Shown: positions 18,721-29,483 of the stretch, piece by piece
Layout: every line of letters starts with the position of its first letter
How positions within the stretch are numbered: the stretch's first letter is position 1
Assembly: GCF_009914755.1 (NCBI RefSeq)
Contig: NC_060928.1
DNA length: 64,000 nt
Source: the human T2T-CHM13v2.0 reference genome, Homo sapiens
Strand: one strand, 5' to 3'
Made by a program: the position numbers and the translations under genes
The notes under the pieces: generated by a model
The model's database searches: none
What the model saw: the letters and a program-made list of their open reading frames with translations, nothing else
What the model was told of the DNA's origin: nothing

Positions 18721-20100
18721 TATTCCATGGTGTGGGTGTGTGTATATGTATATAAAGAAATTGCATATATATGATTTCTTTCATCTGTGTTATATATACA
18801 CACCACATTTTCTTTATCCACTTACCAGTTGATGGGAACATAGGTTGATTCAATACCTTCACAATTGTGAAATGTGCTGCAATAAATAGATATGTGAGGT
18901 TGTAGTTTTGATATAGGTGATTTATTTTCCTTTAAGTCGATACCCAGTAGTGGGATTGCTGGATAGAATGGTAGGTCTGCTTTTCGTTCTTTGAGAAATC
19001 TCCACATTGTTTTCCATAGAGGTTGTACTAATTTACATTCCCACCAACAGTGTGTAAGTACTCTGTTTTCACTGCAGTTGTGCCGACATCTATTTTTGTT
19101 TTTGCATTTCCTGGATGATTCATGATGTTGAGCATTTTTTCCTATGTTTGTTGGTCATTTGTATATCTTCTTTTGAGAAATGTCTGTTGATGTCCCTTAC
19201 CCCTTTTTAATAGGATTATTTGGTTTTTTAAATTTCTGATTTGTTTCAGTTCCTTGTAGATTCTGGATATGAGTTCTTTGTCAGACGCATAGTTTGTGAA
19301 TATTTTGTCCCAGTCTGTAAGTTGTATATTTACTCTGTTGATTATTTCTTTTGCTGTGCAGAAGCTTTTTAGTTTGATTAAGTCCCATTTATTTATCTTT
19401 GTTTTTGTTGCATTTGCTTTTGAGGTCTTAGTTATAAATTATTTGCCTAGGTCAATGTCCAAAAGAGTTTTTCCTAGGATTCCTTCTAGAATTTTTAGGC
19501 TTCAGGTCCTACATTTGGATATTTAATTCATCTTGAGTTACTTTTTATATAAGGTGAGAGATAGGAATCCAGTTTTATTCTTCTGCATGTGGCTATCAAA
19601 TTTTTCTAGCACCATTTATTGAATAGGGTGTCCTTTTCCCAGTATATTTTTTGTCTGCTTTATTGAAGGTAAGTTAATTGTAGGTATTTGGCTTTCTTTC
19701 TGGGTTCTCTATTCTGTTGCATTGGTCTATGTGTCTACTTTTATAACAGTACCATGCTGTTTTGGTTACTATAGCCTTGTAGTATAATTTGAAGTAAAGT
19801 AATGTGATGCCTCTTCATTCGTTCATTTTGCTTAGGATTTCTTTGGCTGTTCAGGTTCTCTTTTGTTTCCACATGGATTTTAGCATGTTTTTTCTAATTC
19901 TGGGAGAAATTACATTGGTATTTTGATAGGAATCGCATTGAATCTGTAGATTGCTTTAGGCAGTATGGTCATTTTCCAATACTGATTCTTCTAATCCATG
20001 AGTATGGGATATTTTTCCATTTGTTTGTGTCATCTGTGATTTCTTTCATCAGTGTTTTGTAGTTCACCTTGTTAAGATATGCCACCTCCTTAGTAAACTA

Positions 20101-20689
20101 TGTAAAAAGTAAAGTAGAGGTTCTTCTTCAAAGACTTTCCCCCCCATCTAATTAAGAATAAATAGTAACTTCTCTTAGAAGCAAAATTTATTCAAAGACC
20201 TGTGCTAACATTCTTGAATGTCTGCTAGCCGTAATAGAGAAATCAATGTACTTTATGTTCTTAGCGCCCACAATTTAGCCTAAATATTTGCCCTGGCATG
20301 CTTATACTAGTCCAAGCAAGCATTAGGTCATATCCTGTGCCTCTTCCTTATTTGAAGGTGTTTTTACCTTTCTCAGCATTCCACAAGTTACTTCCTCCTT
20401 CCTTTGTTCTCCTCTGCCTTTGCCTCTTTTAAAAAGTTCTAAGTTGCTAGCCAGTCAAGACAAATACAGAATGTGAAGTCCTGTTCCAACCAAGGGAAAT
20501 CGGACACAGCAATAAGGTAGATGCGTCAAGTTATAAATGACCCTCTTTTCTTTTTTTAGTGTACTCTCGTAGCAAAACTGCTAGCAAGTGTACCCTTTCT
20601 GCAGAAAGTAAAAATAGCCTTGCTGAAAAAATTAAATTTACGTTCAAGTGCTATTTCTTTACAGCATCAAAGAACAAGAATTTCAAACA
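20101..20689 (+). mobile_element. LTR10-family (LTR10C-like, ERV1/HERV-I) solo LTR
   Basis: TG...CA ends, start TGTAAAAAGTAAAGTAGAGGTTC, TATAAA and ATTAAA motifs; 4-bp TSD ACTA/GCTA; L1 sequence is contiguous on both sides. Confidence 0.78.
20294..20323. promoter_or_regulatory. Putative p53 response element (three abutting half-sites)
   Basis: tGGCATGCTT-AtACTAGTCC-AAGCAAGCaT, each 9/10 to RRRCWWGYYY, inside LTR10. Confidence 0.55.
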
Positions 20690-21924
20690 GCTATATTCCT
20701 GGGTATTTTGGTTTTTTTGTAGCTATTATAAATGGAATTAAGTTCTTAATTTGATCTCAGCTTGGTCATTATTGGTGTATAGTAGTGCTACTGATTTGTA
20801 TACATTGATTTTGTAACCTGAGTCTTTACCGAATTCATTTATCAAGTCTGGGAGTTTTTTGGAGGAGTCTTTAGGATTTTTGAGATATGAGATTGTATCA
20901 TCACCAAATAGACATAGTTTGACTCTCTTTTCTAATTTGGATGCCATTTATTCCTTGCTCTTGCCTGATTGCTCTGGCTACGACTTTCAGTACTATGTTG
21001 AATAGAAGTGGTGAAAGTGGGCAGCGGATATTTGCATTGTTTTTTAATCCATTCCAGAAGGTCTAATCTTTACTATAACTGTGTTTGGTGATAGGGCCTT
21101 TAAGGAGGTAATTAAGGTTGAATGAGGTTAAAAAAAAAAAAAAAAAAAAAAAGGAGAGTTCTAATCCCTTAGGATTGTTGTGCTTTGGAAGAAGAGGAAG
21201 AAACACAGAGCTTTCTTTCAATTGCATGCACACAAGAGGCCCCATGCAAGCACACAGCAAGAAGTCAACATCTTCAGGCCAGGAAGAGAGGCTTCACAAG
21301 AAACCAAGCCTGCTGGCATGGTAATCTTGGACTTCTAGTCTTCAGAGTTATGAGAAAATAAATTTCTGTTGTTTAAGTGAAATTTTGTTGTGGCAGCCTG
21401 AGCAGACTAATACACCTAACATGCTCTTTAATATGTTAGCATACTAAACTGATCAAGAAAGTTACACTTCAAAGGGTTATCATTAGTGACCACTGGATGT
21501 TGGGGATTATGAGTGCTTTTATCATTCATTTTTCCTACTCTCTTCTAATTTTTCTTCAATGACATATTGTTTTATAAAGAAAAAGAACATTGTTCTTCAT
21601 TTAAAAAAACAAAAAAGTAGGACTGTCTTCTATGGGGTGGATGATATCTTCAACATCTTCTCTATATTATGTATTTTATATGCCAGTTGTAATATGATCC
21701 TCAGTGTAGGTGGGTATCAAACATTGAAGGATAATTCCTTTTAAAGCAATTGTACAAAGATCAAATTATGATATGTAAGCATGGCATATTAATAAAGTTG
21801 AAACAGAATATTTACAGAAATAAAATAACTACCTGACTTCCAGACAGTCTTTAAGTACATTTTCGCAAAATTTGACTTTCAATAGGAATTGGACAGGAGG
21901 AACAGAATGTTGCGAGAATCAAGG

Positions 21925-22130
21925 GCTCTAACTTTGGAATAAGGTGGCCTGGTTTTTTCCTCACTTGGCCTCTCCCTAGCTAAATCATTTCCAGAAAGGC
22001 ATTTAAACTCTATAAGCCTCAGTGTTCTAATCTGAAAAATAATACAATAATATTAACACTCTTAACAAGTGTTTTATTAATAATTAAATGTGATAATACT
22101 TAATGAGAACCTACCATAAGACTTAGCTGC
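21925..22130 (+). mobile_element. MIR fragment
   Basis: TTTAAACTCTATAAGCCTCAGTGTTCTAATCTGAAAAAT core. Confidence 0.6.
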
Positions 22131-22831
22131 TAGGGTGCAACATAGTTATAAAGTACCACGCTTATTTGAAAGTTCAAGGTTATATTTTCTATAAAGGACT
22201 TCCAATACAGATATTTTGCATTTCTGACTGAAATAGATATACATGCTTTTCATTTCTATTGGACAAAGGGTGGGCTTTTAGCCCACATATGAAAGAAAAG
22301 CCTCTAAGCTAAATTTATTCTTGCATAGATGATTACTGTGCATCTATAAAAGGAGAGATTAAGTCCAGGAAGTAGTTCTAGATTTTTTTCCAAACTCAGT
22401 TTTGTTCCTAACCTAATATTTATTGCTTACAATTTAATATTTTATATTTAAAGTAATAGTCACATTTGTATAGCATTATACATATTTCATGTATGAATAT
22501 TTTGGCTAAATAGGATAATACCTCTTCATAGAAATTTAGATTATAAGCTTTAAAAAAATGAAGGAATTCCAGCTAAAACTAATAATTTGGATTTGGTTCA
22601 AGAAAATAAAAATAAATAAATTAAAATAAATTCCCCCAAATCTGGAGATTAGTAGATTGAAAGTGATCTCAAAAAATTATATAACTGCCAAAAAAAAAAA
22701 AAAAAAAAAAAAAAAAACCCCAAAAAACCAAAACTGCCCTTTGCTTCTGGAACAAAATTTTCAGGCTTGCATAATTTTTTTCTAATAATAATGTATTTTA
22801 TATAGTTGCAGGGATTATGTACTAAACTTAC

Positions 22832-22924
22832 TGTCTTAACTGCCTGAAATTTGTAAATGGACAGGCTGGTGAGAAGTTCGTGGGCTGAACAATTTTTGAA
22901 ATGTCGGCTGAATTGCATCTTTTC
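22832..22924 (-). other. Candidate 93-nt internal exon
   Basis: Minus strand tgtatttcag|GAAAAG...AAGACA|gtaagt; two frames open; non-repeat DNA; no product recognised. Confidence 0.35.
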
Positions 22925-23534
22925 CTGAAATACATTTCACAAGTCTTAACAGCACCAAGTGGCCTAAATGAGTTAGGATCACTCCTCAAGCCCTTAAATT
23001 AATATCAGGAAGCAATTTAGACACTGAGGAGAATTAAGCTCAATGTGTTAGTGAGATGAATAATTGAAGCATTTGAAGTGGGTGATAGATCTTACTAAGT
23101 GATTACTTCCTTATAAATTCCTAAACAAGAAGTCTTCATTGAGAAATGGTTTGGGATTGCTGCCATTTGTCACTTGGCCTATGAATGCTTAATCACCTGC
23201 GTTTTCAGGCCATTAAAGGCTATTCAGTGTATTGTGGTGGCCCAAAAAAGTTAATACATCCACTGAACACCCAACCCAACTCCCCAGAGGGACCATTGCA
23301 AATGCTGGGAAAGTATTCAGCTTACTGTTGTCACTCTGAGTAAGTAAGCCACTATTGTCCTGATAAATTTTAATAAAAGTTAATATATAAGTAGGAAAAA
23401 AAGGATTTTTTTTTACTATTTTAATGCTTATTTAAGTTGCACACTTGTAGTTATTTTAAAATTTGAGTTAAAAATTACATCAGATTCATTGTAACTGAAC
23501 CCTCAATAACCCAGTTTAGATTACATTGGTCAGG

Positions 23535-23823
23535 GCTGGGCGTCGTGGCTCGCATGTATAATCCCAATACTTTCAGAGATGGAGGTGGGCAAACTGCTTG
23601 AGGCCAGGAGTTGGAGACAAGCCTGGCAAACACGGCAAAACCTCATCTCTACTGCAAATACAAAAATTAGCCAGGCGTGGTGGCGCACACCTGTAATTCC
23701 AGCTATTTGGTAGGCTGAGGTAAGAGAATCGCTTGAACCTGGAAGGGGGACATTGCAGTGAGCTGAGATCACGCTGCTGCACTCCAGACTGGGTGACAGA
23801 ACAAGACTTGTTCTGAAAAAAAA
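23535..23823 (+). mobile_element. Old Alu (AluJ/early AluS)
   Basis: Diverged dimer, TGCTTGAGGCCAGGAG; degenerate TSD TACA(T/C)TGGT. Confidence 0.9.
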
Positions 23824-23838
23824 TACACTGGTTAAATT

Positions 23839-24304
23839 TGTTATGCATGTGTCTAATTGAAGAGACAACCTGAACAGGCTAAGTGTGAGCAACAAGGCTG
23901 TTGATTCACTCGGGTGCGAGTGGGCTGAGTCTGAAAAGGGAGTCAGTGGAGGGTGGCGGGATTGGAGCTAGTTTTACAGGTTAGGGCTAAGCAGTGGAAA
24001 GTTACAGTTAGGGGACGTTTATTGCGGGCGGGGAAGAATGTCACAAGGTACATTATCACAAGGTGGGAGGGGTCACAGGGCACAGTGTCACGAGGTTGAT
24101 CAGTTAGGGTAGAGCATGTTACAAGGGTAGAATGTTGCAAGGCTGGCTAATCAGCTAAGACAGGAACTAGCTGTTTTTTCTTCCTTTGTGGTTTTCCTGT
24201 TGTCCCAGACTTTCTGGCTCCAGGAGACCTTCTGGATGTGTACGTGTGGATCACAGGGATCATAATGGCTTCACCACGGCATAGCCTGTTCAGAGGACCT
24301 TACA
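23839..24304 (-). mobile_element. ERV1 solo LTR related to HERV-H/F LTRs (LTR21-like)
   Basis: TG...CA ends; minus start TGTAAGGTCCTCTGA; LTR7-like GAAGAGAC...ACAGGCT...GGGCTGAGTC; perfect 5-bp TSD AAATT at 23834-23838 and 24305-24309. Confidence 0.8.
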
Positions 24305-24477
24305 AAATTGTGCATCATGAAATTTATCAACTACTTATAGTAAAGGAATGACAAAAATAAATTTAAAAGGAGGGGTTAGCTTCCACCACCTAGACTACTA
24401 TCATATGCTTTTATATTCCTATATGCACAGCATATGCTTCTATATATGTTAGACATCTTAATATACCCTGGGTTAGC

Positions 24478-24750
24478 GGCAGCGTAAGATGGTGTTTAAG
24501 AAGAAAGGCTCTGCAAGACTCCGTCTCAAAAAAAGAAAAATAAAAAAAAGAAGAAGAAAGGCTCTGGAGGCAGATATACTGCAGCCAGATCCCGGCCCAA
24601 TAGGTCAGTTATTTAGTTTCTCTAAACCCCGCTTTCTTTATCTGTAAAATGGCGAGAGTGATGGTAATAACTGCATAGGGGCAGGTGAGGATTAAACGAC
24701 AAAGTGGATGCCTGGGTCTTTTGTGCAGTGACTTGCAGATAGTAGTCATT
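24478..24750 (+). mobile_element. MIR, interrupted by a minimal Alu
   Basis: GGCTCTGGAGGCAGA...TTTCTTTATCTGTAAAATGG...GTGAGGATTAAA. Confidence 0.75.
24514..24550 (+). mobile_element. Extremely 5'-truncated Alu (14 nt plus A-tail)
   Basis: CAAGACTCCGTCTC plus A-rich tail between perfect 16-bp TSDs AAGAAGAAAGGCTCTG (24498-24513, 24551-24566). Confidence 0.9.
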
Positions 24751-25442
24751 ATACACATTTGTCTATTATGGAATCCTGTCATCTTTTTGTTTGCTCAAAC
24801 TATACAGTGCTTTTTTTTGCCCAGTAATCTACTCAACCATCATAATTCAGCATTAAGTATTTATTATGTTTCTTTAAACCTTTTGATTACATTAGTTGTG
24901 AGTCCAGAACCAGCTTAAGTGACTGGCTGAGCTTGTGTAAAACATGAGACTGAGGGAAAAGAGGTAGTTTTATATGCATGCAATATAAAACGCTAGATAT
25001 TTTCTTAAGCTACATGAGCATGTTCTAATAAAGGCAGGCAGCAGATGAGAAGAATTTATAATAGCTACATTCCATATATTCTTGTTTCTGCTTCATAATT
25101 TGTCTTCGGTGAGTATGTAATTTTTTTTCACAGTAGTTATTCCCAGCTGCATATGTGTGCTGCAGAAAGAAAGAGCATATGGAATATATACCGTGTATAT
25201 ATACATATAGAGATATTCTGGCACTGGGCATGTGGATTCACATGCATATACATGCACACACTCGTACTATCAGTCTATGTATGTCTATATGTAGAGAGAG
25301 ACAAATATATGTATAGATATACATTCCTTCTGCTCTTTTCATTGTGTTATGCATGTCAGAGGCAGTGAGAGTTCTGTTCTCCTCCCTATTCCCCACCCCC
25401 CACAAGCTGGAGGGCCAGAAGGTGGGGCGGTACCTCAGGATA

Positions 25443-25574
25443 ATGGCAGCAGAAGGCAAAGGGAGCAGACAGCTGGCAAGCTCTGTCCCAATATGCTTCC
25501 CTGAAAGAGGCGAGGAAATTTCAGAAGATGCAATGCCTGAATGGCTCACTTTGCAGGAAAACAGAAGAACCAAG
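25443..25574 (+). other. Candidate first or alternative coding exon (44 codons)
   Basis: ATA-ATG-G Kozak context, open frame to AAG|gtaaat, upstream CACCC and GGGGCGG boxes; peptide not recognised. Confidence 0.25.
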
Positions 25575-26343
25575 GTAAATTCCTTAGAATGTCATCCATT
25601 TTAATGGGTCTAGAATTGACCATCTTCTTATCACCATTTGGTAAACTTCCCCAAAGTTGTGAGTTTATAAACATCTCATCTTGGAAGATAGTCTAGAAAG
25701 AAATGTCAACTTTTCTGACTCATGAGAGCTCTTCTCATAAGCTTAAAAAGACTCTGCCAATGCCAGGTGTCTCCTGGAATTTTCTAGAACAAAAATATAC
25801 AGTGAAACCTCTGCTATGTTAAACACTGGGAGCATAAGAAATTCTGTATAGCAGATGCCCTGTCATAAGCAATACAACTTAACTGTTTTGAATGAAACAT
25901 TTTCAAAAGACATTTTACATGCCTCCTTGCCATTTTAAACAGGTTATTCTAATTTCACACTTTCCTGATGACTTAGGGTCAACATTATGAACAATAATTT
26001 TTATTAGTCAAACATAGTACTCTTTGAAATGCTCCATTAAAATATATAGGACTATTTCCCCTGTTATTAAAGTTTTTCTTTTCATTTTACTCTGGGCCAT
26101 TATTTCTCCCAAGGTCTGTTTTGATACTTTTAAATCAGTTGTCGGCTTGAATTACGTAGCCTAGTTTGTTGGGATGTTATAAAAGTAGGAAATAATTGCT
26201 AAGTGAGCGCTCAAGGCTTCCTTTCTTGCAAAGGCCTTGTCATGTACATGGCCTTTGCAAAACCTTGCAAAGGTTTTGCTTGTTTGTTTGCTTCCTGGGT
26301 TGTCAGAGATGAGGTTAATGAAAGGCTGAATCTTCCTTGAACA

Positions 26344-26670
26344 CAGTAGTCTGTTCCTATCCACGGTTTCACTTTACATGGTTTCAGTTACCCATGCTCA
26401 ACTGTAGTCCAAAAATACTAAAATATTTTGAGAGGAAAGAGAGAATTCATAGTCACGTAACTTATAATCCAATATATTGTTATCATTGTTCTATTTTATT
26501 ATTAGTTATTGTTGTTAATCTCTTACTGTGCCTAGTTTATAAGTTCAACTTTATTATAGGTATATATATATATATAAAGACAGTATATAAAGGGTTCAGT
26601 ACTCTTCACAGTTTCAGGCATGCACTAGTGGTCTTGGAACATATCCCCCAAGGATAAAGAAGGACTACTG
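26344..26670 (+). mobile_element. MER44A-like TcMar-Tigger MITE
   Basis: Terminal inverted repeats CAGTAGTC...GACTACTG followed by TA; internal GGTTTCAGTTACCC and GGTCTTGGAACATATCCCCC. Confidence 0.85.
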
Positions 26671-28099
26671 TATTATAATTGTATAGTGTCATTTTGTCCA
26701 TAAAGCTTTATCTTATCTCCACAATTAGATTGTAAACTCCTTGGAACAGTGATCATATTATATACCATTTTCTTTATTCTTTATAACACCAAATACAGTA
26801 CTCTACTTGTAAACTAGACACTTACTTACTTTTACATTGATTCCAAGGTATAAAAAATTTTATACTGGTTCATTATTATCACAATGAAAGAGCAATGTTT
26901 TGGGTGGGGCTATCAAGCTAACAAATTAACTTCAGCAACTGCCAAAAGCACAGGATGACAACTGTATTCATGGGACAGATAGTAGTATTAATGAACAAAG
27001 AGCTTCAGGGGTTCAGTTATTTTGCTACATGCTGAAATATTAATATGTACAGGCAGGCAAGTACATGTGGATCAGAAATGTAAGCAGTAAAAGTGATCAG
27101 TTGATGTGATATGTAGTTGATTTTTTTTTTCTTTAGGGATTCTGATAATCAGAGCCATGGTTTGAGGATATGTGGTCTGTCATTTCAAAACTTTATAAAT
27201 TCAGATTTGGAAAAACTCCTTTTCCTAAAATTAATATTTGAAATTTTATCAGCATAAACTATCCCATTTATGCATAATATGGTAAGAATAGGAAGCTTTT
27301 GTTTTACATTTTATATGACTCATATAAAATGAACTTATGATTAAAATATAGTTAAACTCTTATTTATTTGTGTGTTTCAATTTAGTTGATTATCTTATAG
27401 TTTATATGCCAGAATATCATATGGGAGAAGACATCATTTATCTGCTTATGTTTCTAAACAAAATCCAGCTATTTATTTTCTTTTTCAAGCTGGTTCTAAA
27501 CTAGATGAGGGTCAAGTACATGGAATCCCTTATGTCCTTTACTTCTCCACTTGTTTTGGTTATGCTTAGAACTAGCTCTATTCATTATAATTGCTCACCT
27601 TCACAGAAATACTGATGACATCATTTTAGAAACACAAGTCATTGATGTTTCCACTTATTTATGGAGTGCCCAGTTTGTAGCACATGCAGATAGGCCCTTA
27701 ATAAATACTGATATCCTGGGGCTGGCTAGTACTGTTTCTTACTATCTGACTCTTATATTTTCAGGAATTTTGCATTCTGGTTGGTAAATCATTGGTAGCT
27801 TTAAATTAACCATAGTGGGATTATTTACACCACCACAACACAGGAATTGACAAATGTTCCAAATGCCCCTCTATGAGCCAGTTGCTGATCATGAGTATTT
27901 TTTATGGTGATGACTTGCAAAAGAACTGCTTGATTTCCAATACACATTGTGGTACAAGAACATATAAAATAGAAATACTCCTCTACTACTGGAAGGAAGT
28001 AGTAAGGACTCTTGATTTTGATAACAGAAATGTTAATGCAATGGAGACCAATATGACAGAATTTAGTTGGATCTTTCACAAGTATTTGATATATATGTA

Positions 28100-28797
28100 T
28101 GCTATTGGTTGAATGAACCACCCCCTGGCCCTGCAAAAGGATGTAGTAGAAACTTATTCCCCAATGCAACAGTGTTGGGAGGTGGGGCCTAATAAGAGGT
28201 GATTAGGCCATATGTGGTCCCCCCTCATGACTAGATTAATGCCATTAGTGTGGGAGTGGGTTTATTATAAAAGGCCAAGTTCAGGATCGGGCTCCGTGGC
28301 TCACGCCTGTAATACCAGCACTTTGGGAGGCCGAGGTGGGCAGATCACAAGGTCAGGAGATCGAGACCATCCTGGCTAACACAGTGAAACCCTGTCTATA
28401 CTAAAAATACAAAAAATTAGCTGGGCATGGTGGCGGGCACCTGTAGTCTCAGCTACTTGGGAGGCTGAGGCAGGAGAATGGCATGAACCAGGAGGCAGAG
28501 CTTGCAGTGAGCCGAGATGGCGCCACTGCACTGCAGTCTGGGCAACAGAGCAAGACTCCATCTAAAAAAAAATAAAAATAAAAATAAAAGTCCAACTTCA
28601 GTCCTGTCTTATTTCTCACCCTCTCTTGCATTTCTGCCTTCCACCAGGGAATGACACAGCAAGAAGGCCCTTGCCAGATGCCACCCCCTCAATCTTAGAC
28701 TTCCTACTCTCCAGTACAGTGAGCCAAATAAATGTCTGTTCGTTATAAATTGCCCAGTCTATCATATTCTCTTATAGCAGCACCAACAGACTAAGAG
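28100..28797 (+). mobile_element. MST (MSTC-like) MaLR LTR split by AluY
   Basis: CCCCAATGCAACAGTGTTGGGAGGTGGGGCC; 3' TTATAAATTGCCCAGTCT...CAGACTAAGA. Confidence 0.8.
28285..28585 (+). mobile_element. AluY-type SINE
   Basis: GAGATCGAGACCATCCTGGCTAACAC, GAGCTTGCAGTGAG; (AAAAAT)n tail; TSD AAAAG(G/T)CCAA(G/C)TTCAG. Confidence 0.93.
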
Positions 28798-29047
28798 AGT
28801 GTATTTATTTCCTTTTGCTGATCATGAATTTCTCATATTGTTCATCAAAGTCAGTGATAATTTTCTTCTAAAAATTATTTTTTAAGTGATACTAATGGTT
28901 AATTGTATAGTACCTGCTCTTTTCTAAATATTGTTCTTACCAATTTACACATATTTACTTAGTCAATAGTCCTACTAAATAAGGATTAATATGCCTTGTA
29001 TTACAGATCTAGAAACTGAGGCACAGAGACATTGAGTGACTTGTTTA

Positions 29048-29483
29048 TGTTTGCAGGGTAGTTCTCTGGGTAGTCTTGGGCCAACCAGTTCCCTCCCTTT
29101 CCTTACTGGAAGTTCTCAAGAATAACTGTAAAATATGCTGGGAATGCAAAATCCTGAGAAAAGAGTAGACTGGCCAGAACAGCCAAGGCTCTATTCCAGT
29201 CCCCCCTAAAAAGAAGATGTCCCTGAATGCTTCATCCCAGCAAATCATGTTATCCTGGAGTGTAAAACCCAGGTTGGGCTGCTTTCTGGGTTTCCTCAGC
29301 TGTGGTACAAGTGGACCATGAAAAAGTAAGACTCTATCCACCCCAGGTAGTTTTCCTGAGCCTTCAGGTATTGATTCACAATTGTCGCTTTCTGCCTGCT
29401 GCATGTAACCTGTCATCTATGTGAGTATTCTGTCTTACTGGATTTAGGCAAGTCAGTAACCAGTAAACAGCAAATCTGCTTCA
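29048..29483 (+). mobile_element. LTR47-like ERVL solo LTR inserted in a MIR
   Basis: GTTCTCAAGAATAACTGTAAAATATGCTGGGAATGCAAAATCCTGAG motif; MIR core GAAACTGAGGCACAGAGA...TGACTTG immediately upstream. Confidence 0.7.

Larger units (their letters stand above)
18232..21030 (-). mobile_element. L1PB (L1PB3/4-like) LINE, 5'-truncated; tail decayed to a CT-rich low-complexity tract
   Basis: L1PB-type 3'UTR at 18325-18600; ORF2 remnants (18822-19007; 20738-20947 with the FGDD motif). Confidence 0.85.
18181..21414 (+). mobile_element. MLT1A-like MaLR LTR (pieces about 18181-18230 and 21062-21414) split by an L1PB
   Basis: Start GTATGGACTGAATTGTGTGCCCCCAAAATTCAT; resumes TTTGGTGATAGGGCCTTTAAGGAGGTAATTAAGG; ends GCAGACTAATACA; 5-bp TSD CCTAA at 18176-18180 and 21415-21419. 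Confidence 0.8.
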
